DNA from: Promethearchaeati archaeon
GTDB lineage: Archaea; Asgardarchaeota; Heimdallarchaeia; Heimdallarchaeales; Heimdallarchaeaceae
Reading direction: 5' to 3'
DNA: 32,000 nucleotides
NCBI GenBank assembly: GCA_013166775.1
Contig: JABLTJ010000005.1
Span: 69,731 to 101,730 of the forward strand
This document shows positions 1-8,867 of the stretch, piece after piece. The notes beneath the pieces are model-generated. The model was not told the origin of the DNA, did no database searches, and worked only from the letters and a program-made list of their open reading frames with translations. The position numbers and the translations under genes are program-made. How positions within the stretch are numbered: position 1 is the first letter of the stretch; every line of letters starts with the position of its first letter.

Positions 1-1016
1 AACAATTTATTTATTCTATCAATGGATGCCCCAGCTTTCTGAAGATTTTGCATTTGTCTTGTAATAACAAAAATAGGCCTTAGAAGTATTCCTGCATAAA
101 CTTGGACTAAAAAGATTGTTCCCAAAGTTATAATCCCTTTATTAAAGAGTGGAATACTTGGTGCAAATACTAGCGTATTTATCAGTGCTATAATTCCCCA
201 AATTGTGATAACAAACAGCTGATCTCTCACTAAAGCTCTGTGAAAAGATTTATAGTTTATTTTTGAGTAATGAAAGAATTTACGCATTGCATTACTTACT
301 CCTCCATTTGCTCTAATGTCTTCAATAGCACTCAAACTTTCTTCAATTGTTCCAAACATATCAGCGCTAGCTTCTCTTTGTTTCTCCCAGGATTTAACAG
401 AAAAGTTTCTCATTTTATACATCACAATTATTGCTAATAGCGTGAAAGCTGAAAATGATAACCCTAAAGTCCAATGTTTAACAAAGAATGTTACCAAAAC
501 TCCAATAATGAGAAGTAACGAAGTAACCAATTGTATTGAAAATTGTGACAAAAATTGTGCTAAAGTGTTTATATCTCCATCAATTTTCTCTATCATCTCA
601 CCTGGTTTATGTTCATTATGAAATGTCATATCCAGTTTTACACAGTGTTCTGTTAAATCGGACCTTAACATATTTGTTGAAGACCATGAGAGATTTTGAC
701 CTACATAAACAGAAAAAAGTGAAACTGCTTGTTGGATAAACATTAGAAAAATATATGCTGAAGCAAGAAAAATCAACACAGGAAAAATAGTATCGTTATC
801 AGTAAACAACCTTAAAATGGCTCTGAAAAAACCACTTAAATCCTCTAAAGACGAATCTTGGATTGCTAGATTTATGTAGTTTTCAATTATTAGAGGAGTA
901 ACAACTAAAAGAACAGTTCCACTAGCTAATAGAAAAGCTAACAAGATAACTCTCTTTTTGAAGGGAGCTAAGTACTTCTTTTGTACATCCCAGTATTTTT
1001 GAAGCGGAACTTTCAT
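1..1016 (-). CDS. ABC exporter, N-terminal transmembrane domain; partial, with the C-terminal NBD beyond the window edge
   Basis: My own minus-strand translation from the ATG at 1016..1014 is open to position 1: MKVPLQKYWDVQKKYLAPFKKRVILLAFLLASGTVLLVV...GEMIEKIDGDINTLAQFLSQF...QNLQKAGASIDRINKL. The six-TM ABC_membrane-type pattern and the ...AGASxxRI... TMD-NBD linker are typical of MsbA/MdlB-like exporters. It is absent from the ORF track because it has no stop inside the window. Confidence 0.8.
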   Translation of the reverse strand, partial: MKVPLQKYWDVQKKYLAPFKKRVILLAFLLASGTVLLVVTPLIIENYINLAIQDSSLEDLSGFFRAILRLFTDNDTIFPVLIFLASAYIFLMFIQQAVSLFSVYVGQNLSWSSTNMLRSDLTEHCVKLDMTFHNEHKPGEMIEKIDGDINTLAQFLSQFSIQLVTSLLLIIGVLVTFFVKHWTLGLSFSAFTLLAIIVMYKMRNFSVKSWEKQREASADMFGTIEESLSAIEDIRANGGVSNAMRKFFHYSKINYKSFHRALVRDQLFVITIWGIIALINTLVFAPSIPLFNKGIITLGTIFLVQVYAGILLRPIFVITRQMQNLQKAGASIDRINKL

Positions 1017-1145
1017 GGTCTTGGCTATCCGACCATTATGAATTTATAAATTTAATTAAGAGCGTTTGAAAATAGAAAAAGAACTCCTGCTAATGCAAGA
1101 GTTTATTCTTCTGGTAAACGTGGTCTTATAGTTAGATAGAGAAAA

Positions 1146-1472
1146 CTACCAAACAAAGGAATACAGAATAGAATAAAGAGCTTCAGATTTTTCCATCCTC
1201 TTCTTTACTCCTCTTAATGCAAAGTATGGCATCATTGCATACATTCCAAGTCCAAATGATGCTAATACAAAAGGCCAAGAAGGAACGAATCTTTCTCTAT
1301 TTTCAATAACTAGTATTACTGCGTAAAGCAAAGCCCAAACCCCTACTAACATGAAGATACTCCATTCTAGAGGATTGGTTTTTCCATATGCTATGTCAAA
1401 ATCCCCAAAACCAAGATTTCCCTCTTTAGATGGTGACCAAATAAACATGTATAGTAGAGAACCAATCCACAC
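1146..1472 (-). CDS. Small multi-pass membrane protein, family not recognised; the 5' end appears disrupted (see repeat at 1553-1580)
   Basis: 108-aa ORF with hydrophobic segments. The track start is a GTG inside a hydrophobic helix. The same frame stays open upstream to 1574 without any ATG, and an ATG at 1603 lies in another frame. Confidence 0.5.
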   Translation of the reverse strand: MWIGSLLYMFIWSPSKEGNLGFGDFDIAYGKTNPLEWSIFMLVGVWALLYAVILVIENRERFVPSWPFVLASFGLGMYAMMPYFALRGVKKRMEKSEALYSILYSFVW

Positions 1473-1552
1473 TAGTAGAAATAATAAATTTGGACTTAGA
1501 AATTCTCTCCATGGAACGCTAAAATCTTTGATAGATGATAGTAGGTTTCTTT

Positions 1553-1580
1553 GTTTTTGTTCAGTTGTTTTTGTTCAGTT
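1553..1580. repeat. Perfect 14-bp tandem duplication (gtttttgttcagtt x2) followed by a partial third copy (gtttttg, 1581-1587)
   Basis: Read directly: 1553-1566 is identical to 1567-1580. A 14-nt unit is not a multiple of 3, so copy number sets the reading frame of the overlapping minus-strand gene. Confidence 0.9.
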
Positions 1581-1631
1581 GTTTTTGATTCTGAATTTTC
1601 CATTTTAATTTCTACTTATGAGATTTAATTG

Positions 1632-2318
1632 TCATGTGTTGAATGCTCTGTCTCCCGCATCACCCAATCCTGGTACAATATACCCATTTTCATTCAGGAT
1701 TGGATCGATAGCTCCTGAAAGAATTAGAACCTCAGGATAATGTTCTAATATTTTTTCAATACCAAATTTCGCCGCAATCGCACATAGAATAATAATCTTC
1801 TTTGGTTTTTGATTTACTAACTGCTTAAGTAAAAAGAGCATAGTAGATCCACTTGCTAACATAGGATCAACAATTATGGCTACTTTGTCCTCCAAAAAAG
1901 GTATGCTTGTATATGTACAATCAATTCTGAAATCTGTTCCATCAGTTTCCAACATTTTTCCTCTGGAGGCTGAGACTACTCCTACTGCTGCTTCAGGAAG
2001 TATTTCCAATACTCCGTCTGACATGGGTAAAGCTGCTCTTAAGATGGATATAATAACAATATCGTCTTTGTGTTCATCAAAATTTGCTGTTCCTAGAGGA
2101 GTTTCAACCGATGAAGTTTTTGTGTCTAGATATTTAGATGCTTCATAAGCTAGAAAATTACCTATACGTTTGAGAGTTATTCTAAATGAAGCAGGAGGTG
2201 TTTGCTTGTCTCTCAATTTTCCAACTGTTTCAGAAATCAAAAAACTTGTTTCACTTGCATTTATCCACATTCTTGTAATCTTTCTACTAACTTGGTTAAA
2301 TATGTTATTCATGACCAA
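1632..2318 (-). CDS. upp: Uracil phosphoribosyltransferase
   Basis: 228 aa. Contains the PRPP-binding loop VDPMLASGSTM and the C-terminal UPRTase signature GYIVPGLGDAGDRAFNT. Confidence 0.93.
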   Translation of the reverse strand: MVMNNIFNQVSRKITRMWINASETSFLISETVGKLRDKQTPPASFRITLKRIGNFLAYEASKYLDTKTSSVETPLGTANFDEHKDDIVIISILRAALPMSDGVLEILPEAAVGVVSASRGKMLETDGTDFRIDCTYTSIPFLEDKVAIIVDPMLASGSTMLFLLKQLVNQKPKKIIILCAIAAKFGIEKILEHYPEVLILSGAIDPILNENGYIVPGLGDAGDRAFNT

Positions 2319-2417
2319 TTTTTTTTGAGTGTTTAACTAGGTATATAAATATGTAAAGTTTGTATTTAGTAATACGTATAACGTCACTAAATTTAGTAAA
2401 AAATAAGAGGAATTAAT

Positions 2418-3491
2418 ATGAGTAAAGATTTTGATATGAATAAAATCGAAATAGTAGAATTTAACCCAATTAAAAGTTCAAGAGAAGAATGGAAACTGTA
2501 TCACGATTATAGAAGAATCAGGCATGAAGAGACAAGTCCAGACGATCCTTTAACACCAGATGAAATAACGGAAAAAGGTTTACAAATGCAGATGGATCAT
2601 CCTGAAATGGTGCCATATATATACGCCATCAAAGATACTTCAAATAACAAAAGAATTGGAACTGTTTCGTTTATGATTATAAGGGAAACTTCTGCTTCCT
2701 ATGAAGGAAATAAACATCTAATACAGTATAATATGGCTTTGTTACCAGAATATCGTCGTAATAAAATTGGTACTAAGGCATTGAAAACGATATATGACTT
2801 CGCTGTAAAAAATGAAAAATCCGTTGTTATCACAGGTTCGGAGGAAAGTGATGGAAAGGCTTTTCTGAACGCGATTGGAGCTCAAATTGTTTTATCTGGA
2901 GTAGAGAATAGATTGAACTTTGCAGATATAGATTGGAAGATGATTGAGGAATGGGAAACTGAGGGACCAAATAGATCCCCTAAAACAAAATTGGAATCCT
3001 TTTATTCCATTCCCAGTGAAATTATCGAACCATATAGCAAAATATATTCAGAAACATTAAACCAACAACCTCTTGGGGATTTAGATGTGAGTGATATAAT
3101 TTATACTCCAGAAAGTTTGCGAGAAATGGAAAGAAGACAGTCAGAACTAGGAAGGAAACACCTAACATTTATTACAGTAGAACCTGATGACGAAATTTCA
3201 GGTTTAACTGAGATGCTTTACATACCAGAACGGAAAAACATGATTACACAATTACTTACAGGAGTAAAACAAGAATATAGGGGACGTGGTCTTGGGAAAT
3301 GGTTGAAAGCGACGATGTTACTTAGAATTAAAGAAGAATTTCCTGATGTTAATATTATTACAACGGATAACGCTACAACTAATGCTCCAATGCTTTCAAT
3401 AAATGATCGTTTAGGATTTAAGGTTTATAAAGAAGGTATAACTGGTCAGATGAAAACTGAAGATTTAGGAAAATATCTAGAAGGAAAATAA
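2418..3491 (+). CDS. GNAT-family N-acetyltransferase with two tandem GNAT domains
   Basis: 357 aa with two acetyl-CoA-binding motif A-like segments (YRRNKIGTKAL and YRGRGLGKWL), each followed by a GNAT-like core. A GAGG Shine-Dalgarno-like element lies upstream of the ATG. Confidence 0.8.
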   Translation: MSKDFDMNKIEIVEFNPIKSSREEWKLYHDYRRIRHEETSPDDPLTPDEITEKGLQMQMDHPEMVPYIYAIKDTSNNKRIGTVSFMIIRETSASYEGNKHLIQYNMALLPEYRRNKIGTKALKTIYDFAVKNEKSVVITGSEESDGKAFLNAIGAQIVLSGVENRLNFADIDWKMIEEWETEGPNRSPKTKLESFYSIPSEIIEPYSKIYSETLNQQPLGDLDVSDIIYTPESLREMERRQSELGRKHLTFITVEPDDEISGLTEMLYIPERKNMITQLLTGVKQEYRGRGLGKWLKATMLLRIKEEFPDVNIITTDNATTNAPMLSINDRLGFKVYKEGITGQMKTEDLGKYLEGK

Positions 3492-3493
3492 TT

Positions 3494-4117
3494 CTAATTT
3501 TCTTCCTTCTTTTTAAAAACTAATTTCCAAGATTTCCACTTAGGGAAAAATGCTCCTGTTATTTTTTGGTACTGTTTGTAGGAATCACCAAATCTTTCTA
3601 CCAAATCCTTTTCTTCAAAATACTGTATAATGGGTACATAAATGATGATAAAAACAGACAGTAAGATGAAAAGAAACCAAGAATTAAGTGCAAGACCTAG
3701 CGCTGGAAACATTGGCATTTCTCCAGTTGTCTGTGGATGTCTAATGTAATTGTATATCCCACCATACATTTCAGTATCCTGAGAAGGAGTTAATGTTTCT
3801 TTTCCAGCGTCCTTAACTCCTTTATATACTACAATAGCTCCTGGGATTATGATAAGTGAACCTAGAATGAGACCAATCCACCACCTATGAAATATTTCCC
3901 AGTCTAATTGAGAAATTGGATACCAAATCCATAATAATGAAGTTAGAAGTGTTAGGGTCTCAAAGATAGAAGCTATTATGCGAAGATTTTTACATGCTTT
4001 CCAAGCTTTTTCTCCTATTTTTTTGCTCAAGGTTGCAGGCATGGTACTAAAAGCATACAGTACTGAAAAGAGAATACAAGATATAATTAGAAGAGAGAAA
4101 TTAATCCATTCAAACAT
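3494..4117 (-). CDS. Membrane methyltransferase, isoprenylcysteine carboxyl / phospholipid methyltransferase (ICMT/PEMT)-like
   Basis: 207 aa and multi-TM. GGIYNYIRHPQTTGEM resembles the G-x-Y-x-x-x-R-H-P-x-Y-x-G motif of the ICMT/PEMT family. Confidence 0.6.
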   Translation of the reverse strand: MFEWINFSLLIISCILFSVLYAFSTMPATLSKKIGEKAWKACKNLRIIASIFETLTLLTSLLWIWYPISQLDWEIFHRWWIGLILGSLIIIPGAIVVYKGVKDAGKETLTPSQDTEMYGGIYNYIRHPQTTGEMPMFPALGLALNSWFLFILLSVFIIIYVPIIQYFEEKDLVERFGDSYKQYQKITGAFFPKWKSWKLVFKKKEEN

Positions 4118-4179
4118 AAAATCAATTTAAAGAATCCATCTTAACTAATTAATTTATCTGGAGCATATACTCGATTAAT

Positions 4180-5184
4180 TTAACTGACTAATGTTACTTT
4201 ACCAAATTTAAGAGACCAATCATTATCATCATACATATCTAAATTATAGGTCTTCACTAGACCATCACCAATGAAATATATTTCCATCCCAAGTTCTTCG
4301 GCAAATTTAACTTCTATGAAAACACCCTTTCCAACATAATTTGAACCATCTTGCTCTATAGCAGAAAAAACAACAATATCACTGTTACTCAAAAGATCAA
4401 GGCATCTTTTCATTATTTCCTTCCCAGTTGAATCTTTCCATTTTTTCTCATAAACTGCAGGATTGATTATCTTAGCTTTTGGAAGAGTTTTCTTTATTAG
4501 TTTGAGTTCTCTTTTTTCTTGTTTTGTCCTATAAATGTTCATAGAATGAGCATAATAAACTCGTGGAAAAATACGATATTGACTCCTTCTATACAATTCT
4601 AAAAGAATACATGCAGCATAGAAGGCGTCATAGTTCGCTCTGTGTTCGCCATGATGTACTAATTCGTTTTCAAGAATTTTATTATTTTTTATACATTCTG
4701 TATTCTCGTTAAGAAGGTATTTTTTGGCTGCTGTTAATCTTATTATTTTCCTTTTCTTGTATTTTGATGGTACTTTGACATGTTCAGATGCAGTCAACAT
4801 GATACAAGGAGCAAATTTACTTTTGTTTTTTTCAGGATTAATATTCCATGGTTCATGTTTCAGAAATTTATCAAAATCAAATGCGTTATTATAGGCTGAT
4901 ACAAATTTGTTTGATAACATTTTACGAACTTCTCCAGCTACTGTAGCTAAATCCTTCTTAGCTTGTTTTATTTCGTCAATGCTTACGATTCCCTTTTCGA
5001 AAATCCATGAATTAAGTACACTGTCATCCCAAGAAGAAACATCATAATGAATAACTGATTGGTAAACCTGTTCAATTTTCTGTTTTAGCAAATTTACTCG
5101 CATTATAGATATCTCGACAATGTGATCTTTAGGATAACCATTCAACCCTGTCGTCTCAATATCTACTACGTAAATATCCATCAA
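4180..5184 (-). CDS. DEDDh (DnaQ-like) 3'-5' exonuclease fused to a C-terminal nucleoside 2-deoxyribosyltransferase-like (DUF4406-like) domain
   Basis: N-terminal half: ExoI IYVVDIETTGL, ExoII AYNNAFDFDKF, ExoIII HRANYDAFYAA. C-terminal half: YYAHSM...IINPA...LLSNSDIVVFSA...YVGKGVFIEVKFAEELGMEIYF, which matches the Rossmann-like NDT/DUF4406 pattern. Confidence 0.7.
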   Translation of the reverse strand: MMDIYVVDIETTGLNGYPKDHIVEISIMRVNLLKQKIEQVYQSVIHYDVSSWDDSVLNSWIFEKGIVSIDEIKQAKKDLATVAGEVRKMLSNKFVSAYNNAFDFDKFLKHEPWNINPEKNKSKFAPCIMLTASEHVKVPSKYKKRKIIRLTAAKKYLLNENTECIKNNKILENELVHHGEHRANYDAFYAACILLELYRRSQYRIFPRVYYAHSMNIYRTKQEKRELKLIKKTLPKAKIINPAVYEKKWKDSTGKEIMKRCLDLLSNSDIVVFSAIEQDGSNYVGKGVFIEVKFAEELGMEIYFIGDGLVKTYNLDMYDDNDWSLKFGKVTLVS

Positions 5185-5259
5185 AATACATACTTCGTTA
5201 TTTCTTTAAGTTTTTACCTCACCCTCAGGTAGAAGTAGAAAACTGATTTGTAAGAATTA

Positions 5260-5814
5260 TTATATTGTACTTCTATAATCATCAAATTTCTTCTGACCAG
5301 CAGGTATAGGTACATGTAGAATATTTTCGTCAGGTACCTTTGTGCAATTCCACCTATCATTGTAAGCGCAAAGTGGATTATATGCAAGATTAAAGTCAAC
5401 TACAACTTCATTATCAGATAATTTCTCAACTTCAACATATCTACCCTCTTTATAGGTCTCATTTCCAGTTGTCTTATCTTTGAATGGTAGGAAGAGATAA
5501 TTGTGTTGAGGTATTTTAAAAATTATTAATCTATTTTGTTGCCCATCTAATTCGAATTCAATGAAAGCAAAACGGATGTGTTTTCTTTCATCACCTTTAG
5601 AACTTAAAATAGCAATCTCATCTTGTTCATCAAACTCTTTCATCTCAACTGTGATTTTGTATTTTTCATCTATTGGAAAGTTGGATAATCCCTTGAAATC
5701 TAATTTTTGTTCAGATGTAAGTGGAGAATTAGGTGATTTGCGAAAGGATTTGTTGTATCTCTCTCTAATCCTCTCAATTTTTTCTATATAAGATACCTCT
5801 ACCATGGGAATCAA
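5260..5814 (-). CDS. DUF1684 family protein
   Basis: 184 aa. SPL...F.GL..FP.D..Y near the N-terminus and ETYKEGRYVEV...VVDFNLAYNPLCAY...NIL..PIPAG near the C-terminus match the DUF1684 signature. Confidence 0.8.
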   Translation of the reverse strand: MIPMVEVSYIEKIERIRERYNKSFRKSPNSPLTSEQKLDFKGLSNFPIDEKYKITVEMKEFDEQDEIAILSSKGDERKHIRFAFIEFELDGQQNRLIIFKIPQHNYLFLPFKDKTTGNETYKEGRYVEVEKLSDNEVVVDFNLAYNPLCAYNDRWNCTKVPDENILHVPIPAGQKKFDDYRSTI

Positions 5815-5857
5815 AGATTTTCATACTGTATTTAAGGAAATAGATATAATAAAAAAT

Positions 5858-6148
5858 CTAATTTTCTTTATCTGGTTGATATTTCTTGTTTAAGATTTCA
5901 AATATCTCATTAGCTATTTTTTGAGAACCACCCGAATCATCCCAAACGCCTGTAGGGGTAAAAATATACCACAGTTTGGAAAATTCTTCTATTTCTCCAC
6001 TTCTTATTTTGTTAACTATATTTTGAATGAACAAACCAACATCCTCACAAGTATCAAAATAGGAAAAAGTGGATTCCTCGCCATATGACAACATTTCAGT
6101 TGTTGCTTTTTCTAAGAGAGATAAAAGATGTTGAATTTCGTCATTCAC
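5858..6148 (-). CDS. Hypothetical small acidic protein
   Basis: 96-aa ORF in the same orientation as its neighbours. No family recognised. Confidence 0.4.
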   Translation of the reverse strand: MNDEIQHLLSLLEKATTEMLSYGEESTFSYFDTCEDVGLFIQNIVNKIRSGEIEEFSKLWYIFTPTGVWDDSGGSQKIANEIFEILNKKYQPDKEN

Positions 6149-6318
6149 ATCCTTTACTGCAGGAAGGAGTTATTTAACTACTTCTCTAACTTGGGACCTT
6201 GCATTAAGGTTAGCTTCTTGATTGGGCATTCTTCTTGGAAGAGCATAAAAATTGTGAAAAATCGTTGTCAGAAAATTCATTTAAAAAAATGCAGATAAAT
6301 TATCTTAATTCTTCTTGC

Positions 6319-7365
6319 TTAGATTTTAACCCATTTTCTTGCATTTTTTCGTAGTTCTTCTTCGATTTTCTTCATATTTGGCAAGAAAGGAAGAACATCT
6401 TCCTCCAGTCCCTCAAAATCGCTTTTCATCTGTTCTTTGGATATTTCTTCAAAGAGCATTCGGTAAATCCAATCAGTTAAATCTTCTAAAACCCTTTTGT
6501 AAAATAAGAAGACAACAAAATCTTCATTGATTTTATCTATTTCTCTAATTTGCTTGTAGCTGCGAATGAGCTCTTCAAGATTTTTTTCATTTAAGAAGAA
6601 CCAAATATCCTGCTCAAAAGGAGCCAAGGTAGCTCCATCCCAGTCAACTAAATGGATTGTGCCCTCTATATTGATCAAAGTATTATGCCTAATAGGATCA
6701 GTATGGCAAATGACCAATTCGAGTTTATTTTTTTCTTTTATTTTCTCTGTAAGTTCTTCTAGATAAATTAAGGATTGTAAGATATTATCCATCTGTGGTT
6801 TAAGCATTTTTTGAAGTTTATTGTAATTCTTATCTTCTGAAGTCACACATTCTGTTGCCTCTTTGAGACTTGCAAGTAAATCCTTTCTGAAAGATATATC
6901 CAAATCTAAACTCTTTCCTCCCTCTAGATTTAAAGTATTGGTAGCTTGATGTATTCGGGCAAGCAGTTCTCCAAGTTTCATCATAAATTCGTTTGTTTTG
7001 CTTTGCTTCTCTGATACCATGTCTCCTTCAACATAAGACAAGATGACTATTTCTAGATTATCGAATTCTGTCTTAAGTAAACCATTTTCTGTTTTTATTG
7101 GATAAATTACTTGGTTGATTTTCATTTCTTGATTCAACTGATGTGCAATGCTCAGAGAGAAATCTAGGGCATGTAATTTGTTTTCAGTTAGCCGATTAAG
7201 TTCATATATTTTAAGAAAATACTGATCTTTATTGGATGCTTTTAGTAAATACGAATAAGCAATTTCCCCTATTGGAACAAAAGTGAGTTTCTCAACATCA
7301 ATTCCATATTTCTCTTTAATGTGGTTCTTGATATTTTTTTTATTTACATTGGGTTCATTCTTCAT
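6319..7365 (-). CDS. Aminoglycoside/choline-kinase-type phosphotransferase (APH family)
   Basis: 348 aa. Brenner motif HTDPIRHN (HxDxxxxN) followed by the metal-binding VDWDGA, characteristic of the PF01636 small-molecule kinase fold. Confidence 0.75.
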   Translation of the reverse strand: MKNEPNVNKKNIKNHIKEKYGIDVEKLTFVPIGEIAYSYLLKASNKDQYFLKIYELNRLTENKLHALDFSLSIAHQLNQEMKINQVIYPIKTENGLLKTEFDNLEIVILSYVEGDMVSEKQSKTNEFMMKLGELLARIHQATNTLNLEGGKSLDLDISFRKDLLASLKEATECVTSEDKNYNKLQKMLKPQMDNILQSLIYLEELTEKIKEKNKLELVICHTDPIRHNTLINIEGTIHLVDWDGATLAPFEQDIWFFLNEKNLEELIRSYKQIREIDKINEDFVVFLFYKRVLEDLTDWIYRMLFEEISKEQMKSDFEGLEEDVLPFLPNMKKIEEELRKNARKWVKI

Positions 7366-7377
7366 GAATAATACACG

Positions 7378-8697
7378 TCATTTAAGTTCTGAATTTCTGA
7401 AATGAGTGATTTTATGGTTATTATTCTTGTTATTTCTAATTCCCACTAAGTAATAGATTAGATAGACTACTATAACTGCAGAGGCGATTATGATTGCTGT
7501 CGATAAGAAAACCCAGTTTATCCCGTAGCCGTTCCATATGGGGGTTAAGCTGAAGGTTGTAATTGATCTGGAAAAAGAAACATAAAATCCTAGAGCTCCT
7601 AGAGCCATTCCTCTTTGTGCAGTCTTAGATTCTACTGTTGTTCCAGTATTAACACCAATATAACTTGTAAGACTGCTACCACTGTAGATTATGTACACAA
7701 CAACTAACCATGCAAAAGAATCTACGAATGTCATTAAAACAAGCATAATAGCGGAAATTAGTATTGTAAAAAGCATGGGCATTCTATAACCAATTTTATC
7801 AATAATTTTACCAAGAAATGGTTTGAAAAAGATCAAAACACCTGCACTTATCCAAAAAACTTGAGCTACAACGTCATCAGAAAATCCCTTTGACACAACA
7901 AGAAAAGGAAAAAATGCTGTAACCATATATTCCAAAAAAGCGATAAGCAACTGTACAAGATAAATGAAGCTCAACTTCTTTTGTTTGGTCACATTTACTA
8001 AATTCTTAAACATTGTAACGAATGATTCAAGCAATGCCTTTATCTTCGATTCAACTTGCATTCTATCCTCTTTTTTAAGTACTTCAGGCATGAAAAATGC
8101 CATCCCAATAACGCCCATGAGAGAAATCCCAGCACCCCATGCAAATAAAACTCTAAGTTCTACCTGAAAATGTTTCAATAATAACACTGCAAGTAAAGAG
8201 CCCAATATTACACCCAAATCAGTTCCTTGAAAAACACGACCTTGGAGTTGGCCAATATTATTCTCTTCGATATCTCCTATATAGGCAAATAAAATTGGCC
8301 AGAAACAGGACATGCCTATAGCAAGAAAAGTTATAGCTACTATTACAATGCTCCAATGTGTTGACAGAGCCATAACAAACAAACTCAAGGTGTAGAACCC
8401 AATACCTGCAATTAAAAGAGGTTTTCTTCCAACCATTTGTGAGAAGTGGCCAAGAGGAACACGTAAGAAAATCTGATAAATATTTCTGAGAGCTAAGATA
8501 ACACCAATCAACCAAACCATAGTTTGGATATCCTCCAGATGAAGACCAACGTACGACATGAAGATGATCATGGGAAAGCTACCAACCGTACCTATCAAGA
8601 TAATAGAAAGACGACGACGATCATTTAAGTAAAGCCTATTCGCAAGAAAGCTCTTTGATCTTGCAATAAAATTATCCTCTTTCTTCAGTGTTTTCAA
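7378..8697 (-). CDS. MFS transporter
   Basis: 439 aa with about 12 hydrophobic segments. The GHFSQMVGRKPLL loop between TM2 and TM3 resembles the MFS D-R/K-x-G-R-K/R motif. Confidence 0.8.
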   Translation of the reverse strand: MKTLKKEDNFIARSKSFLANRLYLNDRRRLSIILIGTVGSFPMIIFMSYVGLHLEDIQTMVWLIGVILALRNIYQIFLRVPLGHFSQMVGRKPLLIAGIGFYTLSLFVMALSTHWSIVIVAITFLAIGMSCFWPILFAYIGDIEENNIGQLQGRVFQGTDLGVILGSLLAVLLLKHFQVELRVLFAWGAGISLMGVIGMAFFMPEVLKKEDRMQVESKIKALLESFVTMFKNLVNVTKQKKLSFIYLVQLLIAFLEYMVTAFFPFLVVSKGFSDDVVAQVFWISAGVLIFFKPFLGKIIDKIGYRMPMLFTILISAIMLVLMTFVDSFAWLVVVYIIYSGSSLTSYIGVNTGTTVESKTAQRGMALGALGFYVSFSRSITTFSLTPIWNGYGINWVFLSTAIIIASAVIVVYLIYYLVGIRNNKNNNHKITHFRNSELK

Positions 8698-8867
8698 GTC
8701 CTTTTTGTTTTAAGCAAATATTGGAAATATAAATTTGCTGAAACTGCTATAATATCAGTCCCCATCCGTTCTCTCTTTTCTAATCGATTTTTATTTCTTC
8801 TTCTACTGCTTTTCCTTTTCCACAATTTTATTATATTTCCTTCATAAGTGTAATCTAGAGGTATCAT

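Noticed and set aside
316-739. Plus-strand ORFs 316-621 and 536-739
   Set aside because: They are antisense to the long minus-strand ABC-exporter frame, which is open across 1-1016 and has clear family motifs.
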